From: Klebsormidium nitens
Lineage: Eukaryota > Plantae > Klebsormidiophyceae
NCBI GenBank assembly: GCA_000708835.1
Contig: DF237326.1
Coordinates: forward strand, 1 to 64,000
Direction of reading: 5' to 3'
DNA length: 64,000 bases
Below the pieces are notes generated by a model. It did no database searches. It had not been told where the DNA came from and was given only the letters and a program-made list of their open reading frames with translations. Shown one piece after another: positions 1-11,898 of this stretch (positions are counted from its first letter, which is position 1; every line of letters starts with the position of its first letter). A program made the position numbers and the translations under genes.

Positions 1-223
1 CCATCCGGGATATTACGGCGTCTTGCAGACAGCCACGCAGTGCGTCGTTAAGACGTAACCACCGCCGTTTCGCTAACCCGCAGGTCAACGAAATCCTGTC
101 GAGAACGAGGTTAGGCTTAACCAGTCGTAATCGTTACATCATTCTGAACATTCCCTCGAAGACGTGACGCGAACAATTGGCCGTTGGACACCCTTTTTGT
201 CTCCCCGAACTCCAATCTCTTAG

Positions 224-1063
224 AGAGCTATCACTCAACAGCTATCTTCAGCTCGTATATCGTCTCTCCAGGCCGTATCTCTCTCACCCCGAGTCGATTC
301 TGTTCAGCGCCCCTTCATCGTTGACCGCATTTCAGAGAGCATCTCCAGGGCTAAGTCTCTCTTATATGCAGCTCAACAACGTCAGAAGGCCTTCGCAGAC
401 CGTGGTCGAAGAGAGTTGGAATTTGAGGTGGGCACACAGGTTTTGCTGTCCACAAAGTATCTCCAACTGAAAAATCCGGGAGCTAGAAAGCTACTTCCGA
501 AATGGATAGGTCCATTTAAAATCTTGGAACGACTAGGCCAGGTGGCTTATCGGTTGGATCTTCCAGACTCGCTCAAGATCCACCCTGTATTTCACGTTTC
601 TTTGATTCAACCGTACAGGTCAGATGGCCGTGTACAGCCCCCACCTCCACCGATCGAGTTGGAGGATGGCCTGGAGTACGAAGTTGAGAGGGTCCTCGCT
701 CATAGAGACCGAAAGGTAAGGACGCAGGGGAATCGAACAGTGATTCGTACGGAGTACCTTGTGTCATGGAAAGGGTATGGACCGGAATATAACTCTTTCG
801 AACCTGAGAGAAATCTCAAGAACGCGCCGGATGCCGTTCAAGAATATTGGGACGTCACCGCCAAACGCTCCGCCGGGGAAAAGAGGCGTCACAGAAGAGC
901 GGGTGTTACCTCAAAAAGAAAAGCAAAGGCTGCTTCTCTACCTGCTGTGAGCGACAGTAGCAGGGTAATTAAGAAGAGGAACCGGAAACCTCGACCAACC
1001 AAGCAGGTTGCTCAAAACGTTTCGCCTCCCTCTTTCCAGATGCGTCTCAGGGAGCGACGTTGA
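224..1063 (+). CDS. Retrotransposon integrase C-terminal region with chromodomain (partial pol; no RT, RNase H or DDE core in the window)
   Basis: WIGPF motif; chromodomain EYEVERVLAHR...EYLVSWKGYGPEYNSFEPERNL; basic C-terminal tail. In-frame TAG at 221-223 upstream. Confidence 0.9.
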   Translation, partial: RAITQQLSSARISSLQAVSLSPRVDSVQRPFIVDRISESISRAKSLLYAAQQRQKAFADRGRRELEFEVGTQVLLSTKYLQLKNPGARKLLPKWIGPFKILERLGQVAYRLDLPDSLKIHPVFHVSLIQPYRSDGRVQPPPPPIELEDGLEYEVERVLAHRDRKVRTQGNRTVIRTEYLVSWKGYGPEYNSFEPERNLKNAPDAVQEYWDVTAKRSAGEKRRHRRAGVTSKRKAKAASLPAVSDSSRVIKKRNRKPRPTKQVAQNVSPPSFQMRLRERR

Positions 1064-1277
1064 TGGAGCTTTGTCCGCTGTTAGCAACAACGAAACTTTA
1101 AAACCAGAAGATCTGGTAAGTGTGCAAGACTGAAATCAAGATGATTAGGTCAGCAGACAAGCGTCTGGCACGACGAGTTAAGGCACGGTTACACCAACCA
1201 GTAACCGTAAGCGTGCTTGTTGGAATCTCTCTTAATTTTATTGACGAAGACGTCAATCCTTTTAAGAGGGGGAGAAT

Positions 1278-1540
1278 TGTAACGTTCAAGTGTTACGTGA
1301 CAGTTCAGAGCATTTACAATGAGGAAGAACCTCATTGACTTCACGGACAGGCCATACGCTATGCGGCCGGCGGCTGAGCGCGCGCCACGCGGCCGGGCTG
1401 AGTTAAACCCGGAGTCGCGCGGTCGGGGTTCAGATTTTGCAGCGCGGTCGCGCGAGTCGCGCGCCGCGCGGCCTGGCGTACTCTTAACGGTATGCGAGGT
1501 TTAGACAGCTTCGCAATACATCCGTTACTTCTATGATACA
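1278..1540 (+). repeat. Probable 3' LTR (start well supported, end tentative)
   Basis: Starts with TGTAACG directly after the PPT. Candidate ends are CGTTAC(T) at ~1523-1529 or TGATACA at 1534-1540. No second copy in the window. Confidence 0.6.
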
Positions 1541-2590
1541 AGTTGGACTTGTGTCAAGGTCACAAGGGGTCCATGAAGGGCTGGAACGTTTAAGATAGAA
1601 TCTTTACCGTTCATATGTCGGTTGCACATTCACATGATCCATGTGATTTATTAGCCAATGAAGCGCTAGTACTTCATGTGATCGGTTGCATTCGTGATAA
1701 GATTGTTCAACCATTTGGCGATCAGACGTCAAGCAGGCATCCAACAATCGCGTTTCATCATGTGATTCGTGTCAAGGAAATTCGACACACATAAGTAGCG
1801 TGGAGAAGGGAGAATCCTGGCATGAGCGCAAGGTGGCTTTCAACGCGTCCTTCTTAGAAGGGATTTATCTTCTCCTCAGCTATTCTGTGAGCAAGTATGG
1901 CTTCCTTATAAGTGCTGTACGTTTCAGGGTGTGTTTGCCGCCTCATCCGATTTCTTCTTTCCCCTCAGTGCTTTGGGTTCGTACCGGAGGACCGTGGGGA
2001 TGGGGTTGGGGAGCTTGACTGGCCAGTTTGAGCACTTTTGCGTCCATCCGATTGCAGCTTCCGCCACTCTCAAAGTGTGGGGGGTGATTGATGAGGCGCT
2101 GCAGTGGGACGAACGCTCGCTGAAGGCAGTTTCATCTGCAACAAGCAAATGCGCGAACTTCAATGAGTGGATGAAAAGGGACTTTTGTTTGTCAGGTGTC
2201 GAACACAATGCAAAAGGATGCGCGCCTCCAGAAAGCATGAGAGTAAGCCCGAAACACTCCTACTTCAAATCTGGCTTGTGGAGTCGGCCTTAAGCAAAGT
2301 GCTTCTTTCATTGCTGCTTCCGAGCCTGTCTAGCACGAAGAGTCTTACCACAGGCATACAGGCATCCAGGCGTACTGAAACCAGAGCAGTGTAAGTTGCA
2401 CCCAGACACCTGAGCTGATTGCAACATTGAGCGAGGCCTGCAGACCTCTCCCAATGAATTTGTGGTCTGCATCTTACAAGAGTAGAATCAAAGTGCACGG
2501 CGCGCTGTGCAGTCTTCTTTATACTGCATTGGTTCGAAGAAGGGGCAGATGAGTTTCTGGCCAGGAACGCAATGTCAACCTCTTCAAAAG

Positions 2591-3473
2591 CAACTCACTG
2601 CGAAGAACTACTCTCAGTGGCGTTGCTGCTGTGCTTGTGGGAATAGGACTGCCATTGGTCAGCTCCTGGCCCTTCTGGTCCGTTAGGATAAGGTCAAGCG
2701 GCTTCAGTCCCGCGCTCTTTACAAGCCGCGCTTCACAGAACGCATGGAGGATCTCGATTGGGGTGTGGGCGACGGGCTCGACGACCGTGGGAAGGTCCTC
2801 CCCCTCCCATTTTACAACACAGTGCACTGCATGACAAAGTTGTTCATTTCATGACAAAGTGGATAAATGATCAGACGGAAGGTCAAAGTATCCTCTTAAG
2901 GTCCGAGTTTATGAGTTCTGGACACTTGCGATTGAAGGGAACTTTGCAATATTTGCACACGAAACAATGTTGATTACCCTATTTGGAAAGATAAAGCTTC
3001 TGAGTGCCATTTCAACGGAAGCACCTACAAGTCAAATAGACCTCCAAATCCTTGGGCCTCGGCCAGATCTAAAGCGCGAGCACACAGGCATGCATGCTCG
3101 CCGTTGCACAGTCGCTGGAATTCCCACAGTAGGGCCAAGCATGCTTTTTTGACGCCGCAGTCGGCTGACTGTCAGTTTTGACACCGCCAGTCGGCTGACT
3201 GTCAGTAGATAGGCCCCTACCTGCAGCAAGAGAGTTTCGCCGCAAAAGCGCCTCCTTGTCGCGCTTCTCCTCTCGCAGCTGGTGCTTCTCTTCTCGCAGC
3301 TGACGTTCCCTTACTCGCAAATCTTCCTCTCGCTTCAGCCACGTGTCCTTGTCACGGCCATCTTCCAAGCTCCTCCACGCCTTTTCCGCAGTGGCAATCT
3401 GCTGTCCGACATCTTTGATTTCCGCGTCCACTTCCGCAATCTGGTCATTGATCCTCTTTATCTCCTCCTCCAT
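2591..3473 (-). CDS. Hypothetical protein: N-terminal coiled coil plus a possible ubiquitin-like beta-grasp exon; 3' exons unresolved (may extend to ~1850)
   Basis: ATG at 3473 opens MEEEIKRINDQIAEVDAEIKDVGQQIATAEKAW...EEKRDKEALLRR (heptad-rich). The donor GCAG|GTAGG (~3221) splices in phase to CATGCAG|TGCAC (~2826), giving VHCVVKWEGEDLPTVVEP...LILTDQKGQELTNGSPIPTSTAATPLRVVLR, followed by the donor A|GTGAGT (~2610). Confidence 0.55.
3147..3206. repeat. Two ~30-bp tandem copies with internal palindromes, in an intron
   Basis: TTTTGACGCCGCAGTCGGCTGACTGTCAG followed by TTTTGACACCGCCAGTCGGCTGACTGTCAGT. Confidence 0.85.
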
Positions 3474-3864
3474 CTCAGCCTAAGGGCTCAATCCGCGAGC
3501 CGGCAAAGTGCCTGCGCGCACGATCAGCCGCCTAGCAAAATACTACCTCGCCACCGTGTTCTCTTCCCTCTTCCATTACAAATAATGTCGCAAGGAAGTG
3601 GGGCGGCCGGCCCTGGTTAGGGCAGAAATACATTGGCCGCAGTTCAGTTGGATTTCCAACAAAGTAATCTGAACTGTCGCTGATACATTAAATGGTACGA
3701 CAGCGGCGGAAGCCTGAAGGCGTGCAAGAATTCGAACCCTAAAATCTGCTCGAGCCAGTCAGACTGAGACGAGACTTGTTCAATGGCAGAATCCAAGTTC
3801 AGCATAAAGTGCTGTAGCCTGTGACCACCATTTTGTCAAAAAGGGGGGCCGGGCTAAGGGCAAC

Positions 3865-6800
3865 ATGGGGGCCAAGGATGGCGCTGGTCGGAAGCGACCT
3901 TTGCAGCAAGTATCAAGAGAGGAGGCCAAAAAGAAGGGCGAAATGCAGCCAAAGGAAGCACACACAAGTGCGACTTTGGCAGGTGCCAGCATCGCTCCAG
4001 ACCTGCTTGCGGCAGCTGATGCTGCAGCTCACCCGCAAGTAGACACAAAGCCTTCAAAGAAAGCACCCGCCAAAAATACCCCGCTCAATGAGAAGGCCGC
4101 TGCTCCCATAGAGGAGTTGCCAGAAGAGAAAGGACTAGCGCCAGCGCCGATCAATGCCGGTGGGGCATACATTGGGTCTGCACGCCCTGGCTCCGCATCC
4201 ATGACCCTGAAGCCCACTGGAATGCAGGTTTACTGGAACCTTGCATCAGTGGACAGCTCGGTGCGCGAGCAGGCTGCCGCCACTCTGGTGTCAGAGCTGG
4301 TCAAAGATCAGCAGGCCTCTGAGAATAGGGACGGCGCAGCGGATGGTGGTAAAGCTTCAGTTCGTGGCTGCGCTCCCGGGGTGCAATATGCCTTGCGCAG
4401 ATTGGTCAGAGGGCTGGGTTCTGGGAACAAGGTAGGTTGTTGCTTTAGGCATGGGCTTCGCGTTTCGGAAAACTGAAAAGGAAAAATGAAAAAAATGCTT
4501 CAAGGGCTTCATTCAATGACACTTTTGTATGGAAATAGCGTCAGTGCCTCATCGATTGCTGGTGGTCACCACTGCCAAGTCTTGGTAATGGTCATGGCGC
4601 AGTGCCCTCGTCTGTACCACTGCCCATCAAGGTGTTGGAACTTGACGATCCTTTTTACCACCGCCCATCAAGGTACTGCCTTTCATAAGATCCAGAACCG
4701 ACCACCCCCAAGAGACCAGGCCAATATGGGGGCAAGGTTTTTGGTATGTTTATGTATGGTAATTGCTTTAGACCAAAAACGGAGAAGCAATCTCCTTACC
4801 TTGCAGGGTGCGAGGCAAGGCTTTGCATTGGCTTTGTCGCAAGTGCTGAATGTTGTCCCGTCCCTCTCTGGCGACTCCCTGCTAGAGCTGATCAACAAGG
4901 AGCTGGACTTGTCGGCGTCTGCAAAGGGGCAGGTCAGCTTTCATGCTTGCTTGATTGCATGCCTGGTCACTGGCTCTCACCTCTAAAGGTTGAATGTACC
5001 CGAAGTTGAGCAATGCTGTGGCCCGCAGCTAGGCTGGATTTTCTTGAGTTCAGCATCTCTTGTTGTGAATCTGGTTTCGAGTTGCTGTTAAGTCTCACTT
5101 GCACTGCAGGATGCGAGAGACGTGTACCTGGGCCGCATCTTTGCGTACGGCGCCATTGTGCGGTCGCCTTACCTGGTAAGTGCAGCTCAGACGGAGGAGC
5201 AGGTCCACCTGGCGGGGGCGCTAGTGCAGGCCACCCTGGAGCTGGGCGAGAAGAAGAGCTTCCTCCGGGAGTGCGCAGCGCAGGTTGCCCTAGAGCTGCT
5301 GCACAAAGTGAGCGCCCAAACACATTCCGGCCTTGTGAAAGTGTCAAACAAGGGCGTAGCACGTGGTGATGTATAGCGCTGAACTTTGGTGCAGCACATG
5401 TTGTCAAGATACCCCAGAAAATCTGATTGATGCATCTGACAGAACGGGTATGAGGGAACGCGGTTTGCCGGCCAGCTTTTGAGGACCCCCCTCAGCAATA
5501 AGCCGGTCAAAACGAGGGTCCCGAATTGGATCTAACAAAGTTACCTCTGATCCTGGGTTCTCTACAACCAATGGTTCGCTGAAAATTGGCCGAGAGTGTT
5601 CTCCTGTCATACATTTCGACAGGACAACATTTGCCGTTTCTGCTTGTCTGTGTCCTTTGTTGAAAAAAGAAGAGGTCGCCCGGTTTACAGCCTGGAAGAG
5701 GCTTATGTTACTTACTATCCAGGGGGGAGGATGAAACTGCAGCTTGGTTCCCCCCCTCCCTTGTGGAAACCGGCTGTCAAAGGGAGGGAGTGTGTACAGC
5801 TCTGGATGTGCCTTTTTTCCCTCTCTCTCTTTGATTCGCAACCATCTCCTGTACAGTTGCCGGCATCAGCAGTGGGGCAGCTTCTGAGTGCGGACCAGTC
5901 TGCGCTCTCGCTGTGGCTGAGCAGCTCAGAGGGGTCGTCGCCTGAGTCGCTGCTGCTGGCCCTACGCCTGTGGCAGTGGGGCAAGCTGAGCGACGAGGCT
6001 CGTGCACAGATAGCGCTCCTGCCGTCCAGTGGTCTGGTGCAGGACTTGTTCAGTGTGCCCCACCTGGAGAAGCTCCTGGAACAGCTCAAGGTGAGGGAAA
6101 TCCGGGATGATTGCCAAGCGAGTCAGGGGCTGGTTGAATGCCAATCTGTGAGTTCGCCTTGTCTCGTTACACTTGTATCCGATTCACCGGAACAAAAAGT
6201 CACCTACTTCAGTTTCGTATTATGAGCGTTTTCATCCAGATTGGATACAATACTTCCTTTTCAGAGAATTGTCCATGTCGCGAGTTTGATATCCGACTCG
6301 GTCTTTTTGCAGGGCGCTTCTCACAGCCACCCCCGCCTCCATTCCGTCTGGTTTGCCCTGTCAGAGCTGCTGCTTTCAAGGTTCGACAGTGGCAGTGAGG
6401 CGGCTGGGAAGAAGAACAAGAAGACGAAGAAGGACTCCGGGGAGAAGGGAAACGGACCGGTGAGCATTTTAGTGCACTGTCTCTGGTTGAATACCTTCTG
6501 CTGGAGCATGCTTTCTGTGAAAATTAGTGTTTTTGTCACGAATCGGTCGAGACATGCCTTCCGTCTGACGGACGCCAATAAATTCCATAAGAAGGTTCTG
6601 CAGGCTCTCTTTCAGCATACGTGGTGGTCCCTAAATAGACGATGGGCAGAAGATTTCGACCAGAAGTGGCACTGCCAATAATCGATTGTCGTCCTGATTG
6701 AGTAGCTTTCGAGCTGGAGATCTTGGGTGATGCTTTGGTGTCTGCTTGTCACCGTGTGGCCTGGCTCCGATTGTCTCCTTTTCGTCCCACTGCTTTCCCT

Positions 6801-9800
6801 GCCCTTCCCCCACCCGTCCTTCGCTCCCCCCAGGCTGGCGCGTGCGGCCCTACTGAGCTGGCGTCCCTTTGGGCGGTGGTGGTGGAGGGCGGTCTGCTGC
6901 AGTCCAAGTCGCACGAGCGCAAGGTGCTGGCCATGGAGCTGCTGCGCGCCCTGCTGCTGCCGCACCTCACCGCGGCGCACGCCCCCGCGGTGCTGTCGGT
7001 GCGCTTCCTGCGCTGCATCCTGGACAGCCTGCGCGACGCCAACAGCCTGCTGCACAGCGAAGCGCGCCACCTGCTGCAGGTGGGCCCTCGCACGCACTCT
7101 CTTGTCGGAACACAAGGAGAGGAGCACCCCTTGTAGCTTCATTTGCTTCGACTGCTGCATTACTCTCTCAATTTCAGGGAGTAGGAACAATGTCCGACTG
7201 GAGTTCGAGTCATCGAGTTATCGAAGTCCCCCGCTGGCGGTTGTTCCTTAGCTTTTTTGGTAACAGACCGTTGCCTGTTTGCAGAACCTCCTTGGCTGGG
7301 TTGCGTCCGGTGAGGACTCCAGCATGCGGCGGGTGGCCCTCCTGACGGCTCTGCAAACGCAGAGTGGGGGAGCCTTCGACAAGGTGACCAAGACTGATAC
7401 CGTGAAGAAGCTCAAGGAGGGCATGGACGACGCCGGCTGGCAGCAGTACCTCTCCTCTCTAAAGGCCGACTTTCTGAGGGGCGAGAAAGATGCTGCGGGG
7501 GAAGAAGCAGATGCAGACGACGCCCCCAGCACGAGCGGACCCTCGGGCGATGCAAAGAGGCTGTGGGCACTGGACCAGATGGTTGCGGTGTGCCGCCAGA
7601 CGCAAGGGGGCTCTAGAGACAGACTGCGGGTCGTGATGGATACGGCGAGGTTTCTAGCGGCAGCGGGCCTGTTCGAGATCGAAGCAGATGGCGGTCTTGA
7701 CGAGCTCCAGGGACTGGTCAACAAGGGGCTGCTGTCGCGGAGCGTGAGGGATGCGGCCGCGAGTCGGATGCTGTCCCTTCTGGGAGAGGCAACGTCCAAC
7801 GTGGGCAAAGGGAAGCGGGCGCCCGTCGGGGCAGACGGGGAGAGCGAGGAGAAAGCTAAGAGGGATCCCCTTGTAGAGTTAGCAGAGTTTGTGGAACGGG
7901 TCGAGAGCTCCTCAGGAGCGGAATATGTGCGGGAGCTCTTGGATGAGGACAGGGAGGCGCTGGTGCAGCTGCGGGGCCTGACAAAGAAGATTGAAAAGAA
8001 GGTGAGCATCTTGCGGCCCGACGCTGGTCCGAGCATGAACTGTTTTCATCTGGTTGAACTTGCAAGATTTTCTGCTCTGTGTGATCCTTCCGATCTATCA
8101 AGTTGGTCATTTCACGAGTTTCTCTGATGTATTTTGTCCGCTTACCAATGGGAAAGGAAGAATGGTGCCGATCGAACTAAGATCGATCATCTTGCTACTG
8201 ACTCTATCTATGCGGAGTAGCGATCTTTGCGGACTCCATCTTCTTTTCATAAGCGATACTAGTGCTCAGAAATGTCTTTGTTTGCAGCTTGCCTCTGCCG
8301 AAGGGCCCGTGGTCGAGCGGCTGTCCTCCCTGCGAGCGCTCGTGATCCATCTGCAGTTGGCGACCCTCCTCGAGCCTGGCTCGGCAGGGGAGATCGCGAC
8401 TGAGCTGGAAGGCATCTACAAGTAAGTCCGCTTACTTTATTCACCCTTCTCTACGACCTGTCTGGCGGATGAGTCAAACGGGCTTCTGACGCTGTGCTAT
8501 TAGTTTTAAGCCCCTCAAAAACTGGATCCTGCCCCTCAATTTGTCTCCGGTCGGGGTACACCGTTTCCAACTCTCAAGTTGCTGGAGTATCTAGAATGCT
8601 CAGAGCCAGTTGGGAAGCTAGGGATTCCGCTGACCGTTGCGTTGCGGAGCTTCGAGTTTTGAAAGCTTCCGTAGTCACTTCGGAGATGTTTCCGTGCCTG
8701 CCTGTCCTTAGCGCACTGTTTCGTGCTTGCAGGGGCGCGTTCGTGAAGTCGAAGAAGGCGGAGGCCGGCCCGCCGTACATGGACGTGCTAGTGGACGTGC
8801 TGCTCTCCCTCCTGGCGCGGCCCTCAGCAGCGGTGCGCGACGCAGTCGACCAGGTACGCAACGGCATGGCTGGACCGGGGTTCCTCGACCTGACGCTTCG
8901 ACGTGGGTGTGCTACTGCCAATCTTGTGTTGCCTTTATCCGGTCCGTGTACGGGGCTTCATGCCGCTCCCGAGTCGTGTCCATCTTATTGCTGACAAAAC
9001 GTGACAGTTTGAAGCTGTCCCGACAATTTTAGAGAGAGGTTTTGTGCTCATTCTCTGCATGCGGCCCCTCTTCGTCCAGGTCTTCAAGGCGTTCAGTAGC
9101 GACTTGACGCCGACGGGCCTGGCGGATCTGCTGCGCGTGCTGCGGCGCCAGCCTGGGTCGAAGCGCTGGAAGAAGGCAGCGGACGCCAAGAGCGAGGGGG
9201 CGGACGCGGACGAGGACTCGGACGCCGACGAGGATGTGCTGTCCGAGGAGGACGACGAAGAGGAAGAGGAGGAAGGAGGGGACGAGGGGGCTGCGGAGGA
9301 AGGGGCCGAGTCAGACGAGGGAGGAGAGGAGGCGGGGCCCTTACAGATCAGCGATGACGAAGTTGAGGCGGACAGCGATGGAGAAGGAGGTTCCGGCGGG
9401 GGTGGGGGCGACGAGTCCGAGGAGTTTTCGGACATGGACGACGACACCATGTTCCGGGTGGACAGGGCGCTCGCGGCGGTGCTGCGCGAGACAAAGAAGG
9501 AGAAGCAGCGCAGCGGCAAGGCGGGGGAGCGCAGCCGCGCGGAGGCGGCGCGCCACTTCCAGTACCGCGTGCTGGCGCTGCTGGACGCGTTCCTGAAGCG
9601 GCACAGCGAGCGCGGCCTCGTGCTGGCCGCCGTGCTGCCCCTCGTCAGCGCGCTGCAGCGGGCCATCAAGGCCGGGGCGGACGGCGCCCCCCTTGCGGAC
9701 AAGATCCAGGCGCTTCTGAGGAGCCGCTTCTTTGAGGTAAGGACGGCCGGGGGCGTGGGCACAGGCGAATGTTGAGAGGATGTAGGGCTGGGCACCTGTG

Positions 9801-11898
9801 GACAGCGCTAGAAGTGGCCTTGTCTTCAATGCCTTCAGCGCGCCTGAAGAATTGAAGACTGGGCGGGCCGACCGCGGGGCTGCGCTGCAAGATTCTGAAA
9901 GGCTCGCCTCCGCTATGGGCATCAAAGCTCGACCATGGGGTGCAACAAGCTCGGCTCTCTCGTTGCTTCGCCGAAGCACGGATTCTTCCTCCATTCTGAT
10001 CTCATGTTTTGCCTCTCGGTCCGGTCTCCAGGGTGGCCCCAAGTACCCGCGAGGCGCAGAGGTGGACACGACGGCTGTGCGCGAGCTGCTGGCCAAGGCC
10101 TTCAAGCACGCCGCGTCATCACACAACGGAAAGGTGGCGGCAGCGGCAGGCGGGGCCGGCCTCTACTTCATCAAGGTACGCGCAGCCGTCACGCGGCGCA
10201 TCTTGCGCAAGGAGCGGTTTCTTTGGCTAGCGCAGGTGCTCAACTAACTGAGTGGGCTTGCTCATCTTTCCTATTTCTGACGGTTCGAAATTGCCTTTGT
10301 CTCGGCGGTTGTTTCGTCTAGTGAAAGGCGGTGTTGTAGGCCGCTGGGGCCAGAAAACGACGCTTGGCTTCTACATCAGGGTTGTCTGCTTCGTAGCTGC
10401 GTGAGCAACCCCACAGCGACGAGACAACCTTCCACAGCCTCCCTTTCTTCGAAGTTATTCTCCCTCATCTTCTTTTGTCGTCCCCCTTCAGGTCCTCAAC
10501 GGCACGACGCCCGGCTTGGACCGAACGGGCGACGCTGACGTGGCGGCGGCTTTCCGTGCGACGTTCCAGGCGTTCTTTGCTCGACGCAGCCGGCTGTCGC
10601 GGGCCTTCTTCGGCGAGGCGTTCAGCCGGCACCCGTGGCTGGCGCGCGCCATGGCGGGCGACCTGCTGGACCAGTGCGAGGCCGCGCGCTCCGAGTTCCT
10701 GCGCACCGAGGCAATGCAGCTGCTCGCCGCCGTGCTCAAGAACAAGGCCTCCCAGGTGCGACCACCACCCAGGCTGGGGCGCGGGGTTCCTCTAGGCTCT
10801 GTGCAGCTCCACTGGAATTTTGTTGCTCTGTCGCCGTTGCTCTTTTTACACGATCGAGGAAAGCGTGCGGAGGAAGTGGTCCATTCTGACTGTGAACTCT
10901 CTGACCAAACGAATCATGGCAAGATGGTTGTGCTGGGCGTTAAGGTTTTACAGAAGCGATTTGTAGCACGACGAAACGTTGCTGCAAGTGCAAAAGAGTC
11001 CGAGAAAGGCACTCGGGCGATCCTCCATGGACAGTTCAAGATGATTGGCGATTCTCTTACTCCCAAGAGTTAGTTATTTCTGCACTGTTGTCTGCTTTGC
11101 TGTGCATATCGCATTCCTGACGCACGCTCCTCGCACCTGCAGCCGAAGTCCGGAAGGAGCGTGTCGGACACTCCCCCCGTCTCTTCGTCGGTGTGTCCGC
11201 CCACTTTCCCGGAGGCGCTGGAGCCCCGGCGTGCGCAGCTGGACCACCTGCTGGCGGCCATCCCGCGGGCCTCGTTCACCAAGGTAGCCAGAAAGGCGGA
11301 GGCGCTCAAGTTCGTGTGCGCTGCGCTGGGGGCCCTCCCCCGGCTGTACCCCGACTCGGAGCTGCAGCAGCTGGTGACGCCGGGGGCCATCATCGGGGCA
11401 GCGCAGAAGGCCAAGGAGGCGGACCCCGATGCCAAGAAGCTGACGTCACTGCTGGACAACGTCATCGCTCTGGCGGGGGCGGGGAAGAAGAAGGGCGGCA
11501 AGGCGGGGGGGAAGAAGAAGGAAGGCAAGGCGGGGCAGGGCAAGGAAGGTGCAGGGAAGGGGGGGAATGTGCAAGAGGAGGTGGAGGTTGAGAAGGGTGG
11601 CGCTCGGAGGAAGGAGGTCGTGGTCAATGGGTCTGGAGGGCCGCAGCGAGGCACCAAGCGGGGCCTGGCTGACGGTGAAGAAAAGAAGGGGGTGGCGGAC
11701 CGAATGGAGCAGCTGCGAGCAGCGAAGGCTGCAAAGGTGGGGACCGCAAGTGACGGTCAGAAGAAGGGTGATGCATTGGCAGGAAGAGGGAGTGCAGTTC
11801 CTAGAAAAAAGGTCAGTGGCGATGTGAGAAGGCGACTCAAGGCGGTGGCCAAGAAAGGAGCGAGTGCTCCTGGCAGGAAAGAGAAAGTCGAACAATGA
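3865..11898 (+). CDS. MYBBP1A: MYB-binding protein 1A / DNA polymerase phi (Pol5)-like nucleolar ribosome-biogenesis protein, multi-exon
   Basis: YWNLASVDSSVREQAAATLVSEL, YALRRLVRGLGSG..ARQGFALAL, DVYLGRIFAYGAIVRS, acidic tract (9190-9450), FSDMDDDTMFRVDRAL..HFQYRVLALLD, and a Lys/Gly-rich C-terminus ending at TGA 11896-11898. Confidence 0.92.

Larger units (their letters stand above)
140..1540 (+). mobile_element. 3' part of a chromoviral Ty3/gypsy LTR retrotransposon (integrase C-terminus, chromodomain, PPT, 3' LTR); 5' part truncated or outside the window
   Basis: Frame +2 is open from 224 to 1063 and reads AAQQRQKAFADRGRRELEFEVG...KLLPKWIGPF...AYRLDLP...IHPVFHVS (GPY/F, SH3-like integrase C-terminus), then a chromodomain. 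A polypurine tract AAGAGGGGGAGAA (~1264-1276) is followed by TGTAACG at 1278. The right boundary (ACA at 1540) is uncertain. Confidence 0.9.

Noticed and set aside
1-1540. Complete short TRIM-like element with paired LTRs
   Set aside because: Bases 1-138 do not match 1278-1540, and no PBS follows position 138.
3865-11898. Calling the gene a true DNA polymerase
   Set aside because: The Pol5/MYBBP1A family is established as a ribosome-biogenesis factor, and no intact polymerase catalytic motifs were recognised.
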